Shown one piece after another: positions 52,300 through 64,000 of a stretch of DNA of 64,000 nucleotides. A program made the position numbers and the translations under genes. Within the stretch, counting starts at the first letter, position 1; each line of letters starts with the position of its first letter. The notes beneath the pieces are model-generated. The model did not search any database. It saw nothing but the letters and a program-made list of their open reading frames with translations, and was not told the DNA's origin. Source of the stretch: Azolla caroliniana (taxonomy: Eukaryota > Plantae > Polypodiophyta); the NCBI GenBank assembly GCA_043228905.1, contig JBHGNT010000020.1, positions 13,020,001 to 13,084,000 on the forward strand, given 5' to 3'.

Positions 52300-54480
52300 T
52301 TTGACATGATAAACGAGCGTTTTATTGGATAATATTGTTGTTGGAAGAGTGACCCCATGTATGTCCCTGTGCATGCTAATATCGATATATAATATTTTGG
52401 CAATTCTCCATGCATAGAAATTTTCTATTGTAGCAATCTTAGGATTTGAAACTCTTACTTGGATCTCTTGGATATATCATCTCATCCCTAAGAAATTAGT
52501 TTACAAAATTTGCTTAGTTCGAGATCATTTTTTCTTAATTGTTTGACGACCATAGAAGCTTGACGACAAAATCTAAAGTATGTTAAATTTTCCCTAAATG
52601 ACCCACGTTATATTTTGTACATCTCTATCAAACCTAATAGGTTTCTTCCATTTTTCTCCATCTTCATTGCATGCTTAAGATTTTGGTCTTCTTGCTACAT
52701 GAACTACATTTATGCACCAACTTGATCATGCCATTGAGCATATGTCATGGATATTGATATTGTAAATGAACATTAGGGAAACTATTTTGATGTTGGAGGA
52801 AAGGCACCAAGAATGTTTGTTTACATGTGAAGGACCTATTCTTCATTGCTTTCAACACATGCAAAAACAAAGCATTACATTTATTCCTTCATCTCTCAAT
52901 GACATCAAGGTGTACTATATTGGTTTAACATGTTTATCGTCCGAAACTCCAATACAATAATTATGTGCAACACCACCAAAAGAAAAACTCTTATTTGCCA
53001 ATAGATCTTTAAAGACATTATAGCCCACTCAATTATAGCTTTTTAAGTGAGACATTATGCAAGGGTCAACCTACCATGTCTTTAGAAGGAACGCCTTTAG
53101 ATTCAACAAACATCTCATAATCCAATGTCTAGGAGACCATTGGCCCTCACTTGTCTCCCCCTAGCCATCTTCTTGCATGATATCATGATAGGAGCAAGTG
53201 AAACAATTACTCTCTAATATAAGAAGAGCAAACATAACACCTCCTTACATTTTTCATGCGTGTTGTAGAAGGCATGAAACAACCTACATATATGCATCTC
53301 ATCAGTAAGCCCAACAATCCCAAGTTCGTTCCCAAACAAAAACGAATCTCATTAGCATTAGTAAAAAAGATTGGGAATCTTTAGACAACTGATGGCTCGA
53401 GTAATCATAAAATAAATGGGTATTTGCAATAGTACAAAAAGAGGGACATTTTGACAATTTTATTTCATCATCCCTTAAAATATTAAGAGATGTCTTCCAT
53501 CCAATTCATTTCCAGCCCTATGACTTCAACCATATACGTACATACAAATTCCATGTTTCTTTTGAACATTATGAATGTCAAGCCTTGTGAAGACCTTGTG
53601 ATCACTCTAGCTCAATATAAAAATTGAATACTCTGTAGTATGGAATGGAAAAAAGAACTTTAGCATTGTACTATTTGGGCATCTACATCCAAAGGCATTG
53701 CACATACCAAGAAGAATACGGTCATTGGTCTACTTAAAGGCTTGACAAAGCACCCCCTTCAGACAATATGACTTTGTGAGGGTTGTGCTTGTGGTAAGAT
53801 GGGCCCATCAAAAGAAATTTCCAATCAGTCTTTTTTAAACTACGTGGCCCTTTGCAGTTTCTTCTCCTGTACCATTCATTACATGGATTTGGTCGCACTT
53901 CATGCCCCAATTTTTCTATAGCCAACTTTCTTTGAAACAAAGGATTGAAAAAGGAGATCGCTTATGGCATAAAAGGCTTTCGTAGAAAAACCAAGTGGAC
54001 ATCCCAATCGATATCCTTCACACTGATAACAGTGGAGATTACTTTGCTAGATCTTGGGAGCAATTTTGCAAAGAGCACAACATTTCTCACTGAACACTTG
54101 GTTGCCAACTGTCCACAATGAAATAATGTGGCTGACAGCAAGATTTTTCACTATTCTTGATGCATGAAGAAGCATATTGACGGCATCATAATCAATATCA
54201 GAAAGAATCTTTAACAATATGTTGCACTAATAAATTGAGCATACTGTGTAAGATGGATGGTATTCATGCCCCTTTCTATTCATGGTTTTTAAAGAAACAA
54301 CACAAAGAATACATCCATATATCAATGCTTTGGCGAAGTTCATATTCATGTTTCTGAACAGAAAAGTGGCAAAGTTGATGATTATGCTCAAAAAACCATT
54401 TGGGTAGGGTATGAACCCTGTGGAGTTGAGGATGACCATGCCATCATTTTTCTCCAAAACCTCAACTCACTCATTATTAA
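52300..54480 (+). mobile_element. Ancient Ty1/copia relic (gag-protease-integrase)
   Basis: Plus-strand FGHLH (~53675), CEGCACGKM (~53775), ILHTDNSGDY..FCKEHNI (~54012-54085) and KVDDYAQKTIWVGYE (~54370-54415) are copia integrase signatures with many stops. Left boundary approximate. Confidence 0.75.
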
Positions 54481-54600
54481 GAATTTCTCATTGAATCCAC
54501 CAAACCATAATCACTAAAAATCAAAGTTAATATCTTTAGGAAACCATGTGATAGTCATTGATAATATTCCAAACTAAATAATTCGAGTATGCCAGGATTT

Positions 54601-56810
54601 AGAAACTTACCTTCATTCAACGACTCAAGGATACAATAGCATGCCACAACATACTCTTCAGAGATTGTCTTCAAGAAAGCATGTGATACTCATGGACGTT
54701 AGGCAGGCACTACATGAATAACCAAGGTATGCTATAGATCAGCAAATCAAGTCATGTGAAATGATTTTCAGAGAGTTTCTTCAAGAAAGCATGTTATTCA
54801 TGCACATTAGGCAAAACTATCTGAAAAGTCAAGGTATGGTACAGCCACAAAATTTACCTAAATTCTGTCAATCAAGAAATTACGGCATGATGCCATATGA
54901 TTGTCAGAGAGAGTTCTAAAAGGAAGTATATGAAATTCATGGACATTAGTATATGATTTTGCTTATTGTTCATGGATACTACATGTTTCCTTGAAGACAC
55001 TCTCTGAACAGCATGTTGCATCATGTCACCTTGTCTTGAGTGGCCAATTCAAGGTAAGTTTTACATGATCTCCCAGTATAAGCAAATAAAAACTACAACT
55101 TTTGTTTTTGCATCATTTCTTTAATCTTAATAAGTGATACCATATATATTCATGCATTTCATTGAATATGGGGACATTAACTTTCATTTTGAATCCTTCG
55201 TTCACATATTTATTCAGGCATTTAAACTTTAGATGCCTTTCACGGACACATCTAAATCATAATCCAAGTCTTCTTCCACTCTCCATGAGCTCTAGATCTT
55301 GTTGCCAACTTTCAACAAAGCTAGGTGACTTTGGGCATTCACATTCATGTTCATGTTTTGTCTGTGTTCCATATTTCTGGTAGTTTGATTCCTGTTCTGA
55401 TTTCCTTATTTTTGTGCTTGTTGTTGACCTTGTTTGATTCCCAAATATGATGTAACTTTCCATGTTTATTCATACCATGGTTTTGAACTTGGGCTAATGG
55501 AATTATGTGGCTTATGTCCTGCATAGATGGCCTTCTTTTGCTCATGATTCTCAGCTCCTGCCACTGGATCAAAGAAATTGAGGCTTCCCAAAAATTTTGT
55601 GAGAATTTTAACTCATTTTTCTACCCTTCAATAATCTTTACAAGGAATTCTATGGTTTTGACCAACAAGTAGAGGGTGAACACTATCTCACAATAAGAAT
55701 TTCCTTTGTTTTTAAAAGTATGTGACTGTTTTCTAGTTATTTGGCACATTCTTACAGAACCAAAGGAACTTCTTATAGCGAGATCGCATCCACCCTCTAC
55801 TTGTTGGTCAAAACCATACAATTATATCTTTCTCTAATCTGGTTCACTTGTCTTTAATTTTCTCATTCAGATTTTACATTATTCTAGGAAATACTTATAC
55901 TTATAATCACTTTGTTTCAATACTAAATCTCGCACACCTTCAATCTCTCTCTTCTTTTCTTTTCTTATTTTCCTTTTCTTGGAAGAAACAAATTCGGTCA
56001 CATTTCCATCAACATTCAGACGTACTCAATAATCACCATCACCACTCAGATACCCATTGTGAAGGTTACTGTGTGCTAAATGTATGATCTTTCTTGGCCC
56101 CCGATAGCTAAGCAATTGTGGACATTTTTACTCCAGGGTTGTCTTACGTCAAAACGATCCCCGTTTAGATTTACATCGAATTGGTCGTCTGAAAGAAATG
56201 CCTCAATAATATACTCATAACCTGAAAACATGCTATACTAACAATTTTCCATGCTCACAAAATTCTCTAAACATATTTTTGAATTGCACGTTGCAATTTA
56301 CCTTGGTTCAGGCATGACGAGATGATGCAACACATAATTGGACATTAAGCAAAACTATATGAATCAATTCAATCATATGTGTATATATGATTTACATCGA
56401 ATTGGTCGTCTGAAAGAAATGCCTCAATAATATACTCATAACCTGAAAACATGCTATACTAACAATTTTCCATGCTCACAAAATTCTCTAAACATATTTT
56501 TGAATTGCACGTTGCAATTTACCTTGGTTCAGGCATGACGAGATGATGCAACACATAATTGGACATTAAGCAAAACTATATGAATCAATTCAATCATATG
56601 TGTATATATACACATATGTATACATATACATATATGTAGACACACACACACACACACATGGACTAGGATCAAGAAACTTACCTTGTGCTACCAGCCACTT
56701 GAGACACGATAACATGATGCAGCACACGGTCTTCGGGGAGTATCTATTCAAGAAATCATGTGGTACTCATGGACAGTACGCAAAACTATACGAATCAATT
56801 TTTTCAAGTA
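54601..56810 (-). repeat. Local ~100-130-bp repeat family (about 7 copies, one inverted), most ending in a splice-donor motif
   Basis: Units at ~54601, 54755, 54853, 54958 (inverted), 56296, 56517 and 56672 share ttacct..., catgatgca, ttcaagaaa.catgt, tggaca.ta.gcaaaacta. Confidence 0.75.
56168..56609. repeat. Exact 221-bp tandem duplication
   Basis: 56168-56388 is repeated at 56389-56609. Confidence 0.95.
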
Positions 56811-57140
56811 TCCTGATGTTTTGTATGTCCCGTGATCTCCTAAAATTATGCGGCATCGCGAAGGTTTTGTGCTCTGCAATTTTCTTTGCTCTTGATCGGA
56901 GAAGAAAGGTAAATGGATGCGTCTGCAAACAGCCAAAACAGGAAAAGACTGTGAAGTCAGTCGAAGCTTTGTGACGAAGATCGTCAGAGAGACAGAGAGA
57001 CATGAATTCTTGTTTGTTCACAGAGGGCGAGTTTTACTAATCTCCGAGGATGCCCCCTGAGTTTTCGTTATTTCTATCACATGCCCTTCAGCAGAATCTC
57101 CGGGCTCCTCCAAGCAGGATTTGAACACAGGACCTCTCGA

Positions 57141-57434
57141 AAATACCAGAATTCGAAGGGCATTTGGGGAAATAACAGAAACACACCTCGCGAAGACTCC
57201 TTCCCTGAAGTCATTCTTTGCAAGTGTTTGATATACAAATACCAGAATTCAAAGGGCATTTGGGGAAATAACAGAAACACGCCTCGCGAAGACTCCTTCC
57301 GTGAAGTCATTCTTTGCAAGTGTTTGATATACAAATACCATAATTTGAAGGGCATTTGGGGAAATAACAGAAACACGCATCGCAAAGACTCCTTCCGTGA
57401 AGTCATTCTTTGCAAATGTTTGATATACAAATAC
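57141..57434. repeat. Three tandem 96-bp repeats
   Basis: Unit aaataccagaattc.aagggcatttggggaaataacagaaacac...gtgtttgatatac starts at 57141, 57237 and 57333. Confidence 0.95.
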
Positions 57435-59899
57435 AATGGCAATGGTTTGTCCTCTTTTGCCTCCTTTGGAAATGTCCTCGTGATTTGTGTGAACTTCATG
57501 ACGTGGGACAACAGTTGCAATAAAGAACTTTAGAACACATCACGATGGAGGTGCTTACAAGGACGTCAACCATCAATTGATATCATGAATTGATCAAACA
57601 GTATATAATCCACGCTACAAAACTTGTAAACCATTTGGGTATATTTGATCGATCTCAATTGAAGCATACATATAAAGAGGCAAAGCTATCAACACATTTA
57701 ATTGCAAGCGTAAACATATACTTCTACTTATTATGTTTTTACAATTGTATTTATACATGTAACTGCAATTTGAATGACAAAGATATTGTGCAAAGCATCA
57801 ATCAACATTTGGTTACTATATAACAAATCTTGAACCGATCAATTGGGTTGATATCGTCTTTGTGTGTGTTAATGACTAAAAAGTGAAGAACAAACCTTAC
57901 TTAAACTTTGTTTTGTTCCACAATCATTTACCTCTTCGTGAAATTTCAAATCTTCCCACCACCTCCACCATATGAGTAATACAAGTGCCTAATAAATAAG
58001 TCTGAATTAACAAATATACCATAGAGTATATGTGATTGTGAGAGAAATCGAGTAACCCTCGAGTTATCATCCTTAAAGCAACCCTTGCATAACTCCTATC
58101 CTTGAAACAAAAGAGGTAAAATAAATCTACGACAAGCAACAAGAAAAGTTTCATATATGAACTACTCTATCCAAAGAGGAGAGTTCATGGATGAAGTCAC
58201 AAAGTATGCAACATCAAGTATCATAATATACATGTCCAAACGAATGCCCAAGCCACACATATATGTTGAATTGGCTTGGCCTGTGGTCATGAACATTGCA
58301 CCAAGTTATGATACAACATGAAAATTCTAACTAATGACTAAGAGGGTGGCCCAAATGTATATATATGCTTGACATCAAGCACATACTTTAACAACACGTT
58401 ACGAGGGAAGATGATAGTATTGCAATAAAAATAGATGACATGCTTGTCTAAGAGGGCGGGATGCTAGAAGCAACACATGACCACCTATCACAAATGGAGG
58501 AACACGTACAAGCTAATGAAACCCTACAATAATTGCAAGGGTGTAGTCATCGTGCATATATTTGGATGACTTTTGATATTCAATCTCATCAAATTATATC
58601 GAAGGACCAGTACATTGCTTTTTGTTTAGATTCTAGTATTGTATTGTTTTCTATTTTAATGCACATTGTGTATGGTGGTTTAGATTTTTATATTTCACAC
58701 TTTGTCCGTTTGGAGACGATATCAAATGTTGTGCACGTGTGATGTAGTTGGATTCTCATCTATAAAAAAAAAACCCCAAATTGACTTTCATATCTTAGAT
58801 CTATTTAACAACTAGAATAAGAGTATACCACACAATACTCGCTAATTTAATGGTACATCTATCGAGGACAATAATGCTTAGTAATTCTAGGACATGTTGG
58901 TATATGGCATAATAACTCATGACCAGATTTAGTACATGGACATTTGTTTGGTCTTGAAATAGTTATGGTTAAATTTGCATGACTACATAAGGTACTACTT
59001 GTTAGGATGTTTGTTGTGAGAGAGATAATTGTAATGATACATATTAATGGTGGGCCTAGCAATGCATTGAATTAGAATGGAAAATGATGATACATATAGT
59101 ACACGCAAATTGTGAGGTTGGGCATGAACATCTTTGGCACAATTGAGGAGAGGTTGCAAAAGGAATCCATATCATATGTATATTTGTTTTATAATGTATA
59201 TTTATCACATTCATTTCTTTCAAACTTCTCACATAAATTTCATTCCCAATGAGTTTGTTATATTGTTCGATATCTTCCTATGTTAAACCCATTTTTTTAC
59301 TGACCAATGTCAACGTGATGTAGAGTTTATATATGTTTGGAGAATGTTGTTTAAGTCTTCTATTTCGTGTCAATGTACTTATTATGTTTAATTTGTTGCC
59401 CAAGTTAGGCTCTTTGAGTATATATATGTGATATTTTAAAAAGGACTCGAAATCAAATATTGATTGGTATGGTTAGAATCTTTGTCTGCGTAGAATCTAT
59501 AATTTTGATTTGGTTGTGAATCACGTGCCTCTATCTGCACATTAGTATAATGGCATCTTATTTTGTAGATTTTCACAAAAGTTTGAGCATTAGGAAATGA
59601 CTCCATATTTTATTTTCAAATTCAACGACAATAAACTGGAGATTCAGTCATGTCTTTGATGCAATGTCTGAACTTCTTAAAGATACAAATGGCTATAATT
59701 CCCAAATAAAACAATGAACTTAAATCAGTGTACAAAACTTACAAACCAAAGTGAAGTGATTATATAATATTTACTAGTGCCTACAAACAAGTCGAGAATC
59801 CCATCATCAAGTTGAAAGAATAAACAGATGGGTTCGTTTATCCTATCGTTGTGACATCATAAACCTCTATACATTCACAATCTAAATTTCAGAGCGAAC

Positions 59900-59990
59900 T
59901 CACAAAATTTATTTTATGTTGATACTTCTAAGAAATCTATGTATCACAAATTTTATTTTATGTTGATACTCCTAAGGAATCTATGTATCA
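59900..59990. repeat. ~44-bp tandem duplication
   Basis: cacaaa.tttattttatgttgatact.ctaag.aatctatgtatca occurs twice. Confidence 0.85.
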
Positions 59991-62900
59991 ACCCTTAGTC
60001 CAAAGAAGTTGCACTCCCTAAATCCCAAAAAGCGCGTGCCAAGAAATGCACCAAAAAATCATCACTCTCAAATACACTGAATAAAGAGCTTGTTGTATAT
60101 GTTATCACAAAAGTCATTCTCTAGATTCCAACACTGAACTCAAAACTCAATCTTCAATTCCTATAGATGCTATGTGTAAGCGCCCTACATTGTTGTTAGC
60201 ACCATGTGGAGAGAGGTCCATCACTGGGTGTCAAAGTTCTTATTCAAAAATATTTGAGCTCACATGCATATAGTCATCGGGCTCTTTATAGTATTTTTTT
60301 ATGGCATTTCGTGAGTTGAATGATAGCTTATTTCATATAAGAAGTAGTATATAACTTTTTTTGGCATCTTGTAAGTTAGAAATAAGGAAGACATACCTTA
60401 GGATAATGGCACCTCACATATGCTCACTTTAATCCATTGAGCTTTAATCTATTTCTCAAGTATTTTCTTACTTCGTATTCTTCCGTTCTAGTATGAATGA
60501 CTAGATCATGAAACTCTGAAATAATTGACTTGCACATTTTTTGGATAAAATAAAAATTGATGTGCACAATGTTTTTATGAGTGACGGCATGTAAATGAAG
60601 TTATTAGTTAATGTTTGACTTCAAACAAAATACCACTATGCTACAATGAATAACCACTCGTATAATATTTTATTGTTTTGGGCTTCTATAGACTCTTATT
60701 CGAAATACTTAAATTAGAAATTATAACATTTCAAAATAAGCCTTTGATCTTCCTGTGTTAATTTAATGCCTAGGTATTGTAATTCGCAATAAGAGGTATT
60801 GATTCATTTATGTATCTTTCATCTCCGAATAGTTCCAAAACATTCTCATTAAAGTGTAGAGTTTGTTATGACAAGGTTTTTCAATGTGAAATAAACACTT
60901 TGGTGATTTTAGAATATTATTATATTATTTTATACATTGGGCTATTTGGGTGGACAGTGGACACTTTTACATTGAATAAGATAAAGTAATCATATTGATA
61001 TAATTAAGCATGCTTTTGGTGGGTTTTGATGACATATCTACAAGCTTGGCTTAAGCTTGCCTATTGGGCCGATGTCATCAAACTGAAAGTATCTTGGCAA
61101 AAGTAGGGGGGTTGGATTCCTCTTCCAATATTTTTTTATGCTCTTTGGATAATGTTGTTGCGATATTATGGTTGTTTAATAGCTTATTTCATAAATGTCA
61201 TCTAGTTTGTTGTTCGCATAACTTATTGAGTTTTGTTTGGGGGGGTTAGATGGAGGAAGTTGCAGGTGATTTGTGGAAAAAGGAGAATATACAAGATATT
61301 TATATTGAACCTTGTTTGTTGAAAACCTCAAAATTGCTTAGACGACATGTTTATTTGCTTAAAATGCTATATTTACTTAATCAACCTACCACTCTCTTTA
61401 TCATCTATCTGACTAAATAAACTAAAATTCAAATTTGATGGCCACTCATGCAAGTTTAAAATTGCAATTGTAGCATGATACCTCGAGAACATGTTCCATT
61501 CAACAATTAAGCACCTATTGGCTCGTCCGATCCCCAATTTAGGTTGGGTTGACGAATCCTAATAATATTAACGTTTGATGCACATGAGATGAAATCATTA
61601 GATTTCTGTTTTATATTGACTTGGTGCAATGCAAAAATAAATGGGCTAAGAGGCCTACAAAACACTCTAGACTTGGAAGTCCTATGCTTTTGTACTAGGC
61701 TTTGTAATGTCTACTTCTCTCGTAGAAGTTTTGTTAGAAGGCATAGTAGGTGACAATGACCCATACCCTCTTGCCATGATAGGCTTAAGGAGAGGTTGCT
61801 TTATTGCACCCGTTAAACCACCTTTGTTACCCAACAAACTTTTTTTGGCACGAAATGTTGTCCTCGTACGGGAATGAACAAGATTTACAAACAAGATGAT
61901 GTGAACAAAAATACTAAAGTGATTGATAATTGAGTTTAAACCATGCATCATGGTGGATGAAGAAGGTTTGTCAATAATTGTCTTGCTTCACATCTTTGAT
62001 GCCCAACTTTTAAATATTTGTCCTACTCATCCATTTGACAAAGCTTTTCTAGTTTTCCGATAAAAGAATGCTCTCTAATTAGGATTTTCACATTATAGCA
62101 CACCCAAGGAAGGAAAATGGCATGGCCCAATGACAGGTAGCAATGTATTTTACAGGAAAACAAACATTTTATTTTTTTATGAAATTTTCTTTTGGGTCCA
62201 CCAAAGGTGGTCCAAGGGGAGGTTGCCTCTGCAAACCCTTTGATGGCGTGAGGATTTTGCCACACCATTTGCCTTCCTCCAGGCGAACATGAACATGTGA
62301 TATGCATGTTCCATTAAGCACCCCACAAAAAGCTAACATAACTAAATGACAAAGTAAAATATATAATCATGTTTCCATATTCTTAAAAAGTATTATGCTA
62401 TCCTAAAAGTTATGTATGGACAAAATTAAAGATCCTTCCAACTACACTTAAAAAAATGAGAAATTAGAAACAATATTTTCAGTGACAAACAATGTGTGAT
62501 AATTGGCTTTGGTGCGCAGTCTGCAATCGTGCTTTGGACCTCAAATATATCTTTGAACTCTCGATCTCTCCACAACAATCTCTTTGGCATCACCAAGGCT
62601 TCAATGACTTTGCCACAACCCTAAATTATAACACATGTGGAGCTTGGTACTAAATGGCCCAACCTTTGTGTGTTTTATAACAAACTTGGAGTTGCGACAA
62701 AATAGGGCTTCCATTATAAATATAAATGGAGATTGTTCACAATTGACTCAATAAATAGTTGAATCATAGTGACTAAAACAAGATATGACATACTTAGGCA
62801 TTGTCTCTCATAAGTAACATTAATATACGTTTTTGGTTACAACTCTCACACGTGTCTCTCAACATAGTATGCATAAAAATATGTAGGAGTACATGAAACT

Positions 62901-63589
62901 CAAATATGTGTCCTATAAGGTTGTGTCATGCAATCAATGGTTGTCGATTCAAGGTTCAATCATAATTCATGTTGCATTAAGTAAGATAAAAAAACATTAT
63001 TTGTTTTAGTTTGAGATCATGCACTCTGTCAAGCTATGGGTTTGGTGTTAGCACTCACTTCTAAAATAATCATGGTGTGATGTTTAATTTGTTATGAAGG
63101 AAAATCTTCATTTGTTTAGTTTTGGGGTCACGCACAATTATGTTGTTGCATGCATGATATTTGAAAATCATCATGATTTTTTATGCTCATTAACATAAAC
63201 AATCTTCATGATTTTGATTCGAGATCATGCATGCACTCTAACGAAAATTCTCTAAAAAGTGTGGCTTTAAGTTTTAACAATCCCGTTTCTATGATCTAGC
63301 ATCCGAAAACAATATCAATGCTAACTAATGATTGTAGAAAAATGCATTAAACCTCAATTGCTAGATAGCAACATAGAGCTAAACCTACAATCTATACCAA
63401 CCATACATTGCAACAATATGCATTTATACCACGCATAAGTATCAAAACCTTTACACATTGCACAACGGTCACAATATTGTCTACGCATGGAGCTAAGATA
63501 TATCTAGTTTATAAATCTAATCTCTTCAGTTTCATTTTATGTCTTAGTTTTGGGGTTGGGGGACGGAAGGGTTTGCCAATGACCAATGA

Positions 63590-64000
63590 CCATAAAATAT
63601 ACCCTCTTAATGGGCCCCAACAACTATCATATATGTACTTTGTGGGAGAGGGGTCTCATTATGGGAGATACCAACTACCCATATTCAAGAAACAAAAACA
63701 AATATTTCCTCTCAATGGGGCTCCATAAACAAGGATCTCTTTTTTTCTCTTTTTTTTCCGGGTGAGGGTACCACCAGCTTATATTTGAGAAACAACCACC
63801 AAATATTTCCTCCATCAAGCTATCATATTTGTGGTGTGGCGGAGGGTCTCTTTATTGGGAAGCAAGTATCACTGGCCTACATTCAAGAAATAGAAACCAA
63901 ATATTTTTCTCTCAATAGGGGACCATTGCCTATCACATTAGTGGTGTGGGAGAAGATCTCTTGTTTTGGAGGGGGTTGGGGATACTACCAACCTATATTT
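63590..64000. repeat. Degenerate ~110-bp tandem repeat running off the window end
   Basis: Recurring caaatatttcctc, ctatca.at...gtgg..gagggtctc and attcaagaaa. Confidence 0.65.

Noticed and set aside
53130-53300. Minus-strand FHA..H / GE..E..WS resembling a KDZ transposase
   Set aside because: Spacing is wrong and the region is better explained as a plus-strand copia relic.
54668-54690. Similarity of TTCAAGAAAGCATGTG to miR396/GRF target sites
   Set aside because: Only ~15 of 21 positions match, with a bulge and seed mismatches; no GRF coding context and no matching star arm. Likely chance.
57600-63500. Short ORFs (60-106 aa) in the distal region
   Set aside because: No recognisable domains or consistent exon chain; probably decayed repeats or intergenic DNA.

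Overview
Eukaryotic, AT-rich, transposon-dense land-plant DNA. The retroelement set (Tcn1/Tf1-like chromovirus, RTEX-like LINEs) suggests a non-seed plant such as a fern, lycophyte or bryophyte; this is inference. There is one intact host gene, a 14-exon CBL-interacting protein kinase (CIPK, + strand, 38683-43780, 454 aa, NAF motif). Positions 1-31 kb are a nested retroelement stack: two Ty1/copia elements, two L1 LINEs, RTEX-like LINE pieces, a full-length decayed chromovirus with a related solo LTR, other solo LTRs, and two TG..CA elements with 4-bp CCGG/CCGC target duplications. Positions 44-64 kb hold older TE relics and a cluster of repeated splice-donor-bearing units with a fold-back (candidate spliced lncRNA). 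Main findings: (i) tRNA-like A-box/B-box cassettes with tRNA spacing inside several different LTR-like elements, mostly antisense and upstream of the TATA box; (ii) a Tf1-type self-priming signal and a -1 frameshift signal in the chromovirus; (iii) the CCGG/CCGC-targeting elements; (iv) the repeat-exon locus at 54.6-57.5 kb. All coordinates and alignments were read by eye.
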